A stretch of DNA of 59,508 nucleotides from a virus (lineage: Duplodnaviria; Caudoviricetes). The position numbers were made by a program, and so were the translations under genes. The stretch covers positions 1-59,508 of IMG/VR virus record IMGVR_UViG_3300049024_000030. One strand, 5' to 3'. Under the pieces are notes generated by a model. The model worked only from the letters and a program-made list of their open reading frames with translations. It ran no database searches and was not told the origin of the DNA. This document shows, piece after piece, positions 9,258-19,538 of this stretch. The stretch's first letter is position 1; every line of letters begins with the position of its first letter.

Positions 9258-12200
9258 TTAAACCGCCCTCCCGTCGCCGCGCGCGTCCTGCACGGCGTTG
9301 ACGATGATTTTCTTCCCCGTTCGGCCATTCGTGGCGGATGCAAGTATCTGCTGCGCGTCGTTTTGAGTGACGCCGACCCGCACGACGAGATTGATAGCGG
9401 CAGGGGCGGACGATGACGCCGTGCTTGAGCCGGCGTAAATCCCGCCGCTATCGAACACGCCACTCGGCTTGTAGCCAGGCACGCCGACGCGGTTGAATAT
9501 GTCCGGACCTGCCAATGCGCGGATTGACGCCTGGTGTGTAGGCGTCAAAACCATTTCGTCGCGGTGCAATATCGCGGGACCACCGCGAGTCAGACCGCCA
9601 CTGTCAAACTGCGGGACTAATCTCGAATCAATCGCCGAAAACCTTGCCGCGTCGCGTCGCTGTTGGATTTGTTTGGCTATGGCAGGCTCAACCAGATCGT
9701 TGTAAACCTTCTGCAGATCGCGCGCCTGATTCGTCAATCGCGACTCGCGAACGCTGGCGGTTTTCAATCCCGAAATCTGCTGCTTGAACGTCCCTAAAAT
9801 CTGACTGTCGAAGATTGACCTGGCCTGACTGTAGTCAATCGAACCGCTCGAGACGCCGAGCGCGAGTTGTTCGATGGATTGGATAGCTTGGGTTAAGAAC
9901 TGGCCAGAGGCTTCCTCGTCTTTTCGTCTCTGAGCCGCTTTACCCGCGAATATCGCGCCAACCAATAACGGCGCGCCTATCAACGCAATCGGCCCTAATG
10001 CCGCCAATGCGGCCGGCCCGAGCGCCCCGAGCCCGCCTCCCGCCGCCGAGAATACTGACGCCCCGAAGGATAAGCCGAGCCCCACGGCCCCGCCGCCGAC
10101 AGCGCCGAGAATGTTTCCGAATGTGGATTGTCCGCCGAGGCCGGCGCCGAGACCTGCGCCCAATAGCGGCGCCGCGGAAGCCAATCCGCCGAATAGGCCG
10201 CCAAGGGAGAAGCCGCTGCGCGCAACCGTGCCGACGGTTCCGGCAGTTCCACCACTTCCGCCACCGCTCACAGCGCTGATGAAATTGCCGAGCGCCGATT
10301 GCTGCTGCGCCTGTTGAGTGACGGAAGCCGGAAAGGTGGACGGCGTTCGGAAAAGATCGCCGAAGATGCCGCCGATGCCACCAGATTGGCCACCGCCGCC
10401 GCCGAACAATCCAACCAATGGCGCGAGCGCCTGACGGGCGACGTTTTGTAATGAGCGCCCGAGTAGATCGTTGAAGAACCCCAGCACGGCGGATTTCAGC
10501 CCGTTCAACAGGTCGCGGGTGTTGAGTAATGCTTGAGAAACGTTCTGGCCGAATCTTTCAAAAGCGTCGCCGACGCTGATCGTCGCGGCATTGAAGCCGC
10601 GCATAAAGCGCTCGGTGTCGCTGATAGCGGTCCCTAACTGCGTCATCAGATTTACTTCGTCGCGCAGGTTCTGGATATCGTCTTTATCAATAAATTTCGC
10701 ATTAGGACCGCCCAGATTCGCATTGATCGCCGAGGCCCGGCCCAACGCGGCTTGCTGGCGAAGCGCATCGGCCTGCTCCGGAGTGAGAGCGCCCCTGTTG
10801 AACAGCTCGTCTATATTCCGCAACCGAAGATTGTAGGATCTGCTCGAATCCCTGTTCGCGTCGTTAAATTCTCGCCGCCCTCCGCTGATAAGGCTTGAAA
10901 ATCCTCTCCCAATCGCTGAACTGGTAGCGTCCCCGAGTTTCTGAAGAGAATCGGCGTATCTCTCACGCGCCTTTATTTCTACCTTATAGCTTTTAATCAG
11001 TTCATCGGTCGCGGTATCCAGATCGCGTAATCGCGTCTCTACATTGTCCTGCAATGCGGATATATTGATCCTCGCAATGGCGCGCTCAGCCTGGTCTCTC
11101 GCCGATGCACGGCGTGAAGCGGTAAGACCTCCCCCACTTGAAGCATCGCTTAATCTTTTAGCCCGCGCGTCCCCGACGTTGACACCGGGCGAGCCGGGTA
11201 ATCCCGGCAACAGTCCCAATGCCATTCTCGCCGCTGGATCGCCGACTCCGTACAGGTTGTAGGCTGACGCGCCGTTTAACGGTACGCGGCTTGTCGGCGG
11301 GACGCTGGGCAGCGCATTCGGATCGACGCCGCGAATGATTCCGTCGATGTTGCGCAGTTGGCGCTGAAGTTGGTCGATGATGGCCGTGACCGGATTCAGA
11401 AAATCAGAAATGCGGCCCAGGAAACCGATCAGTCCGGTTTTACTTTCGAGTCCGGTGATCAGGGTTACAAAGCGCTCTGTTACGTCCACTAAAACCAGCA
11501 TCCGGCTCGCAGAGCGGTCTATCTCGTCGCCCAAACTGGCGAGAACGGCGGCGATCTTCGGCCCGTCCTTCTCAAGTAGTTGGACCAACTTTTCCATTTG
11601 CGGCAGGATCGTTTTGATCAGCGCATCGCCGATTGGCGCGAGCGCAACCGTGATCCTGTCCTTCATCTTCTCGAACTGCCCCGCAAGCGTTTCCTGCGCG
11701 TTCTTGAGCGCCGAGTTCGTCTCCGCCGCCTTGACGAGCTCTTCGGCCAATCTCTCGACTGTGTTGACGCCCAGATTCTTCGCCGCTTTTCTGATCGCCT
11801 CGGCGTTCGTCGGATTGTCGACGTTGAAGATTTGCGCGATTAGCTTGCCCGCAATCGGCGATTGGCCAACGAGTTCTTTCAAATCGGCCCGCTCGAAGTT
11901 CTGAGAGATCAATTGCGTCAGGTTGTTGACGAATTGCTTAGGGTCGCCGAGCGGCGAAATCGCATTGAGGCGGCCCACGACAGGGAGAAGGCGATTGATT
12001 GTTTGCTGGGTGACGTTGAAAACGCGCAACTGGGTATCGAGCGTCGCCGCGAGTGACGTTGTTAGTCCCGGCGTCTGCTGCGCGAGTTGGAATAGTTCGC
12101 GAAATCGCGCCGTCGCGGCCTGCGCGCTGCCTGTGAAAGCACGAAGCGCCGCGACCTGGCGATCAATCGCGACGGCGGCCTGAATCGCGTCGGAAGCGAT

Positions 12201-12437
12201 CTGTTTGAACACGCGCAGTCCACCAATCGCCGCGAGCGCGGTGCTCAATGCCGCGACTTCCGAACGCGCGCGTCGAGTCCCGCTCTCGACGCCAAGAGAA
12301 ATCGCGTCGCCAACCTTCTTGCCCGCGACTTGCGCCCCCTGCGCGGCGTCGTTGACGGCCTTCACCAGATCGTCCTTCAGTTTCTTCGACGCTTCGCTGT
12401 TGTCGAGTTTTATCTTGATTACGATTTCCTGCGCCAT
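9258..12437 (-). CDS. tape measure protein
   Basis: 1059 aa, Ala/Gly-rich and helical; follows the chaperones; C-terminal FDSGG...AILHRDEMVLT motif. Confidence 0.92.
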   Translation of the reverse strand: MAQEIVIKIKLDNSEASKKLKDDLVKAVNDAAQGAQVAGKKVGDAISLGVESGTRRARSEVAALSTALAAIGGLRVFKQIASDAIQAAVAIDRQVAALRAFTGSAQAATARFRELFQLAQQTPGLTTSLAATLDTQLRVFNVTQQTINRLLPVVGRLNAISPLGDPKQFVNNLTQLISQNFERADLKELVGQSPIAGKLIAQIFNVDNPTNAEAIRKAAKNLGVNTVERLAEELVKAAETNSALKNAQETLAGQFEKMKDRITVALAPIGDALIKTILPQMEKLVQLLEKDGPKIAAVLASLGDEIDRSASRMLVLVDVTERFVTLITGLESKTGLIGFLGRISDFLNPVTAIIDQLQRQLRNIDGIIRGVDPNALPSVPPTSRVPLNGASAYNLYGVGDPAARMALGLLPGLPGSPGVNVGDARAKRLSDASSGGGLTASRRASARDQAERAIARINISALQDNVETRLRDLDTATDELIKSYKVEIKARERYADSLQKLGDATSSAIGRGFSSLISGGRREFNDANRDSSRSYNLRLRNIDELFNRGALTPEQADALRQQAALGRASAINANLGGPNAKFIDKDDIQNLRDEVNLMTQLGTAISDTERFMRGFNAATISVGDAFERFGQNVSQALLNTRDLLNGLKSAVLGFFNDLLGRSLQNVARQALAPLVGLFGGGGGQSGGIGGIFGDLFRTPSTFPASVTQQAQQQSALGNFISAVSGGGSGGTAGTVGTVARSGFSLGGLFGGLASAAPLLGAGLGAGLGGQSTFGNILGAVGGGAVGLGLSFGASVFSAAGGGLGALGPAALAALGPIALIGAPLLVGAIFAGKAAQRRKDEEASGQFLTQAIQSIEQLALGVSSGSIDYSQARSIFDSQILGTFKQQISGLKTASVRESRLTNQARDLQKVYNDLVEPAIAKQIQQRRDAARFSAIDSRLVPQFDSGGLTRGGPAILHRDEMVLTPTHQASIRALAGPDIFNRVGVPGYKPSGVFDSGGIYAGSSTASSSAPAAINLVVRVGVTQNDAQQILASATNGRTGKKIIVNAVQDARGDGRAV

Positions 12438-12438
12438 A

Positions 12439-12888
12439 TCAATAGCCCTTAGACAATCGTTGCAGGTGCTGCGAGTGCGCCGGCGTGATCGACGCCTGCG
12501 GTTCCTTCTGCGGATTGGTGGCCTTGTTCTCGCTCGCCTTCCGCGCGTGCTTTATCGCCGCAATGCAGGCCCATTCAAGCGGGTCAAGGTGATCGAGGAT
12601 CGCCGGATAGTCGAAACCGCCACAGATCATGTCGTCTTCTTCGAGTTCATAGGCGACCTGCAGCGCGTGTAACAGATGCGACGGTTCGCTGCCCGGCTTC
12701 GTTTCCTTGAACCTGCAGCCGGCGCAAATCTGTTCAATCTGCGCGTCCGGCTGTAACTCGCGAATCTGATAAATCCTATGCGGCGGTACAGATTCGGCCT
12801 TCGGCTTCGACTCGCATTCTTCCTCACCGGGACACGTCTCGTAATTCAAGGAGCGCACCAGATCGAACTGGCGAGTCAGGCGCTCCAT
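12439..12888 (-). CDS. tail assembly chaperone C-terminal part (gpT-like, reached by -1 frameshift)
   Basis: Lies in the -1 frame relative to 12888-13670, just after the A AAA AAG heptamer. Confidence 0.75.
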   Translation of the reverse strand: MERLTRQFDLVRSLNYETCPGEEECESKPKAESVPPHRIYQIRELQPDAQIEQICAGCRFKETKPGSEPSHLLHALQVAYELEEDDMICGGFDYPAILDHLDPLEWACIAAIKHARKASENKATNPQKEPQASITPAHSQHLQRLSKGY

Positions 12889-13670
12889 CAGGACTTTTTT
12901 AAGTCCCGCCTGCTCGCGTCGAAATAGTCCATCAGCGCGCCGATTGCGCCCTGCTTCCAGATCGCGTTGACTAAATCCTTGCGCTGCGAATTCCCTTCCG
13001 TCACGCCTTCGAGGCCCGCAAACAACTTGTCATAGAGCGTCACGTAAGGTTTCAGGTGCGTGTAGATCGTTCCCTTGACCTTCGCCGTTCCGGATTGATA
13101 TTGCGTCTCGCGTGACTTGCGCGCGAGTTCGCGGCGCTCAGCTTCAGACGGCTTGTTGAAGATGTGGACGATCATAAAAGGCCCGTAGGTTTGTTTGACG
13201 CGGAACGTCTGCGCGCCAAGTACGAAGCCTTTACCCTTCGGCCTTTCGACATCGAATTCGGCGGCGAACATCGCGACGACCGCCTCTGATTTGTGCTCTG
13301 AGGGAATTTCGGCGGCAAGTTCCGGCGTGACGATCACCCACTCGTCGGGAGCAACGTCGCCGAACGAATAACCCCTTACCTGGTTCCTGAACCTGTCCCA
13401 AAGTTTCGCGTTCGCCATTACGCCGTCGGCGGTCTGAACGCGATTGCGACTCGCGCCAAGCTGCTCGGTTTCCTGCGGCGTCTGCTGCTCGCGTTCGATA
13501 AGCGCCTGCGTTGTCGGCCATTTGATTCTGTGACCGAGCGTAAAGGCGTCGTCACCGTCTCCGACTTCAATTTCAACTGTGACTTCAGGCTGATCGAGCG
13601 GGTAAAGGTTCGCGTCGCTCTGGGATTCGGCGATCAGGTTATCGAGTTTTTCAACTGCTACTGCTTCCAT
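12888..13670 (-). CDS. tail assembly chaperone (gpG-like)
   Basis: Between the tail tube and tape measure genes; RBS AAGGGGG before ATG 13670; ends in a slippery site. Confidence 0.75.
   Translation of the reverse strand: MEAVAVEKLDNLIAESQSDANLYPLDQPEVTVEIEVGDGDDAFTLGHRIKWPTTQALIEREQQTPQETEQLGASRNRVQTADGVMANAKLWDRFRNQVRGYSFGDVAPDEWVIVTPELAAEIPSEHKSEAVVAMFAAEFDVERPKGKGFVLGAQTFRVKQTYGPFMIVHIFNKPSEAERRELARKSRETQYQSGTAKVKGTIYTHLKPYVTLYDKLFAGLEGVTEGNSQRKDLVNAIWKQGAIGALMDYFDASRRDLKKS
12894..12900 (-). promoter_or_regulatory. programmed -1 frameshift site A AAA AAG
   Basis: TTA AAA AAG TCC TGA; the -1 frame reads AAA AAA GTC CTG ATG GAG into the next ORF. A GGAGCGC/GCGCTCC stem starts 7 nt downstream. 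Confidence 0.85.
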
Positions 13671-13778
13671 ATGCCCCCTTGCGGCAATCCTTGATGAGTG
13701 GTATCGGCCCGCGCGGCGCGTCAAGGAATCGCGCCCTGACTCGCGGTAGCAACGCGCGAGCGAGCGGGCCGATGGGTA

Positions 13779-14072
13779 TTAAGAGATTGGCAGTATTTCG
13801 GACGGAACATCCTTATATAGCCATTGGCAGCGCTTGGACGATTCAATGGGAAGCGTGGATGGGTCAACGTCGTCGCCGCGGTGAAAACTGAGCGCACGGT
13901 AGAAGCCGTAATCCTCTTCGCCGTAATTGCTCATTGACGCGATCACGCTCGCCCATGACGAGGCGTCCACGGTAATATCGAAGACCGTTCCCGCATCATC
14001 GGACTTCTTCAGAATCCGCACGGCGCCATCAGGCAGTTTTTCAAAATACAAATTGTCAGTTAAATGAAACAT
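13779..14072 (-). CDS. hypothetical protein
   Basis: Co-oriented ORF within the tail operon. Confidence 0.6.
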   Translation of the reverse strand: MFHLTDNLYFEKLPDGAVRILKKSDDAGTVFDITVDASSWASVIASMSNYGEEDYGFYRALSFHRGDDVDPSTLPIESSKRCQWLYKDVPSEILPIS

Positions 14073-14076
14073 AGGA

Positions 14077-14313
14077 TTACCATTTATCGTCCGGACATTT
14101 CAGCGCCGGCATCAATCGTTTCAATCGCATATCCGCCAACCCCCATTCCGGACATTTACAGGCTGTGCAGAATTCGTTCTGAAGCGTCAGTTTTAGCGCG
14201 GGACATTTCATGCATTGCTCTGTCCGGTAACTGTAAGTCGCCAGCGAGACCGGCCCGCGGCGAAGCAACGACCAGACGGCAACGACGAAACTCTTCGCCT
14301 TCAAAAACAGCAT
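14077..14313 (-). CDS. small Cys-rich protein
   Basis: CMKC...CTACKC...CPDDKW. Confidence 0.65.
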   Translation of the reverse strand: MLFLKAKSFVVAVWSLLRRGPVSLATYSYRTEQCMKCPALKLTLQNEFCTACKCPEWGLADMRLKRLMPALKCPDDKW

Positions 14314-14555
14314 CGCTGATTCACAGCCGCGTCAGGGTCCATAGAAAACGGCTCGTCAGGCGCCAAAACACCGTTACGGCGCATAATCGCCTCGCGCTCG
14401 CGTATTGCTTCCAGGTTGCGCCGCTGGTAATCTTCCAGTCGCAGCCGCGCGTCGCGCTCTTCGTAGGTCTCCACAATTTCAGCCTTGTGGACGACTTCAA
14501 CGAGCGCGGATTCGGTTGAAATCTCTTCGACGTTTTCTTTCTTCTCTCTCACCAT
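14301..14555 (-). CDS. hypothetical protein
   Basis: RBS AAGGGGTG directly after the tail tube stop. Confidence 0.65.
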   Translation of the reverse strand: MVREKKENVEEISTESALVEVVHKAEIVETYEERDARLRLEDYQRRNLEAIREREAIMRRNGVLAPDEPFSMDPDAAVNQRCCF

Positions 14556-14565
14556 TGATCACCCC

Positions 14566-16005
14566 TTAGTTGAACACCGGCGTTACACCGTCCAACCCGT
14601 TCACGACATCAACTCTTGCGCCAATCGTCGCGGCGTCGAATTCAGTCGCGAACGAGAAGCGAAACGCGGCGTAACCGTCGATGTTTTCCCCTCTTACCCC
14701 GTTGAATTTGGCTTTGGGGATTACCCAGCTCAATTCTTCATAGGTTGGCCCGGCGGCGTCGAGAATCGCGCCGCGAGCGCCGAATTTGACGTTGGTGAGT
14801 TGGATGCTGTCACACATCTTTTCCCACTCAGAAACGCGGCTGCCGACGAGATAAGTGATTTCGGCCGTGATTGTCCGATCACCGCGCACGCTCTTATTCG
14901 CGTATGCGCCAACACCGGTCCCCGGCGTGGTGATCGAATAGTCGCCGCGCTTCTGGACGGGATCGCCGCCGCACCTTGCCAACTGCGTGTTGTGGTTGTT
15001 GGAAAACGCGAAATTCCACGCGCGCCAGCGGCAGTCTGACGCAAGGTCGCGCAACCCCACGTCATCGGTGAATTCGAGAAACGGTTTCGGGTTGAGACAG
15101 GCGAACGCAGGCGGATCAGGCAGCGTGTAACTACCCGGCGTGGTGTTCGTTGACGTTGGCGCGTCGGTGATTCCGGTGCCGTTGGCCGCAATCGCGATAT
15201 TCATTGTCGTGTCGTTCGGCGCGGTGTGGCGCGGTGTGAGGGTGATTGACGTTGACGCGCCGCCGACGATGAAGAAATCGGAAATTACAGGGTCGTTCGA
15301 AAGAGCGGTTCTTACCTTCCCGGCCCAGACGGCCGCCGTGTCGGCATTCGTGACGGTGACGGCAACCAACCTTGGCGAGCCGGCCATATTCGCCGCTGTG
15401 ATAGTGACGTTGATAGGGGTGGCGCCGCTTGAGACCGTGCCGGCGGCCGTTGCGGTTTCCACCTGTTGAACACCGATTAAATGGGGGATGCGGTGCTTGC
15501 CTGAGCAGAGGAGCGAGAACGCGATTTGCACGTCGTCATCGCCGGATTGCGACATTGAGAAGTCGTTGACGACGGTGCCAGGGTAAAGCACTGACGCGCC
15601 GCCCGCTTCGACAATGGCGTTGAAACTGGGAAGCTGTAACCCGGCGGCGGGTGGCAATAGAGACGCACTATGCCGCCACGCGATGCCGCCAACGACGACG
15701 GCCGGCGCGGCGGGTGTTCCGCCGGCGGCGCGCATCGCCACCTTGCCATACAGTCTGAAATTGGCGCGATCAGCGCAGCCGATTGTCGCCTGGCCGAAAC
15801 GCTTTAGGCACTGGCCTGTCTGGAATTCTGAACTATTCCCGGCTCTGCCAGCGTCCGTGCTGAACTCTGGCTCGGGCATATACACCGCCCCATTCTGCCA
15901 GCCGGCGCGCTCGTAATCCGTGCCGACCGTGACGGGGGTGTTAAACGCGCCCTCACGTTTGGATATGAACAGTTTTGCGTCACGTATCAGGTTGTCATTA
16001 GGCAT
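14566..16005 (-). CDS. major tail tube protein with an inserted Thr/Ala-rich domain
   Basis: Follows the terminator gene; tube-like motifs (YPGTVVNDFSMS, WNFAFSNN, RTITAEIT, WVIPKAKF) interrupted by a ~100-aa VETATAAG...ITLTPR insert. Confidence 0.8.
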   Translation of the reverse strand: MPNDNLIRDAKLFISKREGAFNTPVTVGTDYERAGWQNGAVYMPEPEFSTDAGRAGNSSEFQTGQCLKRFGQATIGCADRANFRLYGKVAMRAAGGTPAAPAVVVGGIAWRHSASLLPPAAGLQLPSFNAIVEAGGASVLYPGTVVNDFSMSQSGDDDVQIAFSLLCSGKHRIPHLIGVQQVETATAAGTVSSGATPINVTITAANMAGSPRLVAVTVTNADTAAVWAGKVRTALSNDPVISDFFIVGGASTSITLTPRHTAPNDTTMNIAIAANGTGITDAPTSTNTTPGSYTLPDPPAFACLNPKPFLEFTDDVGLRDLASDCRWRAWNFAFSNNHNTQLARCGGDPVQKRGDYSITTPGTGVGAYANKSVRGDRTITAEITYLVGSRVSEWEKMCDSIQLTNVKFGARGAILDAAGPTYEELSWVIPKAKFNGVRGENIDGYAAFRFSFATEFDAATIGARVDVVNGLDGVTPVFN

Positions 16006-16020
16006 TGATTGCTTACCTCG

Positions 16021-16491
16021 CTAACATTGCTCAATCGTTATCTGGCCGATTGATCGGTGTAACAACTGGCCGCCGTACAGGTTTAAATTGATTCGGAAAT
16101 CCAATTCGCCGCCTTCAGCGATTCGCATAATGGATCGCGGCAGGTTCGGTTTATTCGCGAACCGCTGGCAGATCGCGGTCAGTTCGGCGGTGTAGGCCAG
16201 ATCGGAATTCGCCGCGCGCGTCCCCGCGTCGTCATACCAGCGCAGGCCGCGAATCTCATAAGTAAAAAACTGTCTCAGGCAATTCGGGTTTTCGCGCACG
16301 CTATAAGTCCGATTCGGCGTGATCACGTAACCGTGGACAAGGTTATTGTCGGCGGGGGAAACCAGCTTTCCCGGCCACGTCCGCTCGTCACCCCCCAAAG
16401 CCCACCATGGAAAAACCACGGCGAGCGGCGCCGCGAGTTTGATTTCGCCTTCTAAATCTGCCCGCATTTGCGCTTCGGTGAAGGTCGGCAT
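16021..16491 (-). CDS. tail terminator-like protein
   Basis: Size and synteny between the HK97-gp10-like and tube genes. Confidence 0.6.
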   Translation of the reverse strand: MPTFTEAQMRADLEGEIKLAAPLAVVFPWWALGGDERTWPGKLVSPADNNLVHGYVITPNRTYSVRENPNCLRQFFTYEIRGLRWYDDAGTRAANSDLAYTAELTAICQRFANKPNLPRSIMRIAEGGELDFRINLNLYGGQLLHRSIGQITIEQC

Positions 16492-16878
16492 TTATGTTTC
16501 CACCCCTAAAAATCCGCCGCTGTCAAAACGCTTCAACACGCTGTCGATTGCTGGCCTTACAAACGGACGCGCCGCCATATTCTCAGTTCCGAATTCAAGC
16601 GCTTCCGCATATTCAGCCGCGATTGTGACCACGGTTTCGGTGTCCGACTTCACGTCCGTCTGAATCGAGTTAATCAAGAAGCCGGTGTCTACAGCGGGAC
16701 TCTCACCCGGGGCGGACGCAATGTGAATGCGGCCCCTGCGTCTATATTCCCGCCCCGTCTTAACCCCGGTCATCAGCAACTTCGCCTCGGCCTCGATCGC
16801 GAAGCCGATATTGCTTAAGATTCGGCGGAAATCCTTGTTGTTGTCGCCCTTGATCTGGACTTGAAACGTAAGATTCAT
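16492..16878 (-). CDS. HK97 gp10-like neck / tail-completion protein
   Basis: ASAPGESPAVDTGFLINSI and YAEALEFGTENMAARPFVRPA signature motifs. Confidence 0.92.
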   Translation of the reverse strand: MNLTFQVQIKGDNNKDFRRILSNIGFAIEAEAKLLMTGVKTGREYRRRGRIHIASAPGESPAVDTGFLINSIQTDVKSDTETVVTIAAEYAEALEFGTENMAARPFVRPAIDSVLKRFDSGGFLGVET

Positions 16879-17234
16879 TGCGTCGCCCCCGTCGTTGGCT
16901 TTAATCGCAACACATACCCGGCCCCGATCTGCTGCTGTGGTAACAGCTCGTCAATCGCATACTTCGACTCTCTTCCATCAATCACCAGCGCCATTGCCGC
17001 GCCGGTTTTCAGCAAGTCGCGATCAACGGCGCCTTCAACCAGCCAGAATTTGACTTTGCCGTTCTCGCCGTCATTCGATCTTTCGCGGACGAAAGTGAAC
17101 CCGCTGCTTATCCGCGCGCTCTCGGTTTCCCCGGCTTCCGGAGTGATCCCATAAAACACGGCTTCGACGTTGCGCCCGTAGAGAGCGCGGCGCATTTTGT
17201 CGAGCGTGGATTTTGAGAGAAGAGGTTTAACCAC
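16875..17234 (-). CDS. head closure protein (putative)
   Basis: Synteny; small beta-rich protein. Confidence 0.6.
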   Translation of the reverse strand: MVKPLLSKSTLDKMRRALYGRNVEAVFYGITPEAGETESARISSGFTFVRERSNDGENGKVKFWLVEGAVDRDLLKTGAAMALVIDGRESKYAIDELLPQQQIGAGYVLRLKPTTGATQ

Positions 17235-17763
17235 GGATCAATACGTTCCCAGCAACCAACCCCGCGATTAACCGCGCCACCTTCGGCGGCAGAAGCCCGT
17301 CAGGCCGTGATTGCCTGTGTTTCACGCTCACACCGTCGGCGCTGAATGAATCAATAGCGTCATCGCCGCCGTCGTCGAAGCCGCCTAAATATTCGAGCGC
17401 CAATTCGCACTGCGCGTCCTTGATAACCTGCGGGATTTCGGTTGATAAATACTGCTCGCCGTATCCCCAGCCCCAACCGTAACTGTAAAAGCCGCCGTAG
17501 AAGCTACTCACGCCGTCTACCTTCGCGACGCCGATTCGCGGCCACGCGAGGCGTTGCGTGATATTCACGCGCTCACCGAGCCAGGTTTCGCGGTCAAGGC
17601 GTTGAGCGGCCATTAAGAGCGCGCGGGTTTTATCGTCGGCGATAGCGTTCATCCAGGCGTCGCTATTCAGTCTGGCGTCCAGATAACTCTGGGCGTCAGT
17701 CTCAAGCACATATGAATTAGCGGACGCGCCGCCGATTGTGTTGTCGAGCGCGGGGATTGGCAT
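17227..17763 (-). CDS. head-tail adaptor (DnaT-like annotated family)
   Basis: ANSYV..DAQSY, QRLAWPR and IPQVIKDAQCELAL motifs. Confidence 0.85.
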   Translation of the reverse strand: MPIPALDNTIGGASANSYVLETDAQSYLDARLNSDAWMNAIADDKTRALLMAAQRLDRETWLGERVNITQRLAWPRIGVAKVDGVSSFYGGFYSYGWGWGYGEQYLSTEIPQVIKDAQCELALEYLGGFDDGGDDAIDSFSADGVSVKHRQSRPDGLLPPKVARLIAGLVAGNVLIRG

Positions 17764-17764
17764 A

Positions 17765-18286
17765 TCAACCTATGCCCAAAGAGGCCAATGACTTTTTGAA
17801 TCCGGCGTCGCCACTGGCCCCGAGTTCACGTGATCCCGTGATGGCAGCATACGCCTGACCGAGAACTTGCTCGGCGACCTGTATCTCAGCTTTCATTGTG
17901 GCGAGTTCGAGCTCGACCTCGCGTTGACGATCCTCAAACGCGGCCTTAAGTTTGTCGCGCAGGAGTTCGGCGGCCTCAAGCCGCTTTAGATTGGCCGAAT
18001 CCTCGGCGTTGAAAATCTCATGCCGCACGGTAGATTCAGCCATTGAGGCGGCAATGAAGAGTTTGGGCAGTTCGCTTTTGCGGGCCGACAGGCTCTCCAG
18101 CAGCGCCAGGTCGCCATTGTCAATCGCCGCACGGAGTTTGCCGTCGATTGCGCCCAGTTCTCTCTCCAGCGCGCGCCTTTCGTCTCGCAGTGTGCTGTGG
18201 CGTTCATGCAAGTCGGCGATTGCCGGCTGATCGGGCTGGATGATTTCCGGCTGATCGCTCACCTGCTGACCATTCTTTTTAGCCAT
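17765..18286 (-). CDS. coiled-coil hypothetical protein
   Basis: RBS GCGGGG before ATG 18286; heptad-rich; lies between the capsid and adaptor genes. Confidence 0.7.
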   Translation of the reverse strand: MAKKNGQQVSDQPEIIQPDQPAIADLHERHSTLRDERRALERELGAIDGKLRAAIDNGDLALLESLSARKSELPKLFIAASMAESTVRHEIFNAEDSANLKRLEAAELLRDKLKAAFEDRQREVELELATMKAEIQVAEQVLGQAYAAITGSRELGASGDAGFKKSLASLGIG

Positions 18287-18338
18287 CTGATTTCCCCGCT
18301 TAATGGGCGCCCGACCCGCGCCAGGCGCCCATAGCCTT

Positions 18339-19499
18339 TTAGTTCGCAGCCCCAAGCAGGACGGCGGTGTGCTCGGGCTTGATACCCTTGACGCCCCAAG
18401 CGAGTGAGACTTCAAGGAAATGAGCGTGATATCCGTCGTAACGCGCGACTTCGAACGTGATCCCCGTATTCGGGTCAGTGATCATCGTGCGATCCGAGGC
18501 CATATCTCGCCCGCCCGGCAGATAAGGAGCGCGAGCCAGAAGAATCAGCGCCGAACGCTGGAAGGCCAAATTTTGCGCGTTAGTGGCGCCCACGGTGATC
18601 GCGGTAGCCGATGTGGGAATGGCGACGCGAAGGCCGGGCTCGTTCAGGACAATCGTTCCTGGCGCAGCGATGCCGGTTTTGACGACATAGACGTTGGTAT
18701 CGCCCGCGAAGGTCACGCGATCGCCGGCAAGAATGGTGCCGGTTCCGGTAATGAGAGTGATTGATGTGGCGCCGACCGCATAGCCGGCGGTATTGGTGGT
18801 GTAGGCCGAGCCCGTGCCCTTAGTGGCGCTCTTGATCTGAGCGGATTCGCGGATGCTAAAACCGTGGAGATCCAACAGCGTGCCCCGACGCAGCGTCGCG
18901 TCGGTCGCGGCCTCGTTGGCCTTGGTGAGCTGAGTCTGAGTGCGCAGATTAACGCCGGCGGCGGTGTTGATGACCAACTGCCGATCGAACAGCGGTGCGC
19001 CGTTGTCGTCGAGAATCTTGCGAACCTTCGCGGAGTCGCCCAGGTCCGTCCCCGAAAAGGGACCGTTCGCCGGGGCGCCGACCGCGCGCGAGGCGTTAAT
19101 AAACAGTCCGGCCAGATCGGTTTCGACCTCGTTGGCCAGCGTCCTCATGGCCTGCGCGACCTGATCGCGGACGACGTTGTCAACGCCCGGCCCGTTCTCG
19201 TTGATGCTCTGCTTCTCTTCACCACTCCACGGAACCTGCACGGCCCGCGATTTGGTGATGGACATATCCACCGAACCCATGGCCACGCTGTCAGGCGTCG
19301 GCGGGGTCATCGCCGGGGTAATGTCGCTCGCGGTAAGTTTCGGCGTGATATGAACGCGGACAATCTGATCCTTCGCGGCGCGCGATGCGCCGGCGTCAAT
19401 CGTAACGGCGGGAATCAGCCCGGTTAGTTCGCGGGAGACAACGTCCCTCGCGGCGTACAGAGTAGGGATAAGACCCGTAAGGGTATTAGCTAATGCCAT
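18339..19499 (-). CDS. major capsid protein (P22 coat / gp5-like)
   Basis: MALANTLTGLIP start, QAMRTLANEVETDL, NLAFQRSALILLAR, LAWGVKGIKPEH; follows the scaffold gene; RBS TAGGAG. Confidence 0.92.
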   Translation of the reverse strand: MALANTLTGLIPTLYAARDVVSRELTGLIPAVTIDAGASRAAKDQIVRVHITPKLTASDITPAMTPPTPDSVAMGSVDMSITKSRAVQVPWSGEEKQSINENGPGVDNVVRDQVAQAMRTLANEVETDLAGLFINASRAVGAPANGPFSGTDLGDSAKVRKILDDNGAPLFDRQLVINTAAGVNLRTQTQLTKANEAATDATLRRGTLLDLHGFSIRESAQIKSATKGTGSAYTTNTAGYAVGATSITLITGTGTILAGDRVTFAGDTNVYVVKTGIAAPGTIVLNEPGLRVAIPTSATAITVGATNAQNLAFQRSALILLARAPYLPGGRDMASDRTMITDPNTGITFEVARYDGYHAHFLEVSLAWGVKGIKPEHTAVLLGAAN

Positions 19500-19538
19500 A
19501 TTTTCTCCTAAAAATCCCCACTCGATTTAGAGCGGGAG

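Noticed and set aside
9493-12672. Many long antisense ORFs here and opposite other late genes
   Set aside because: They are shadow ORFs expected from GC-rich codon usage on the opposite strand.
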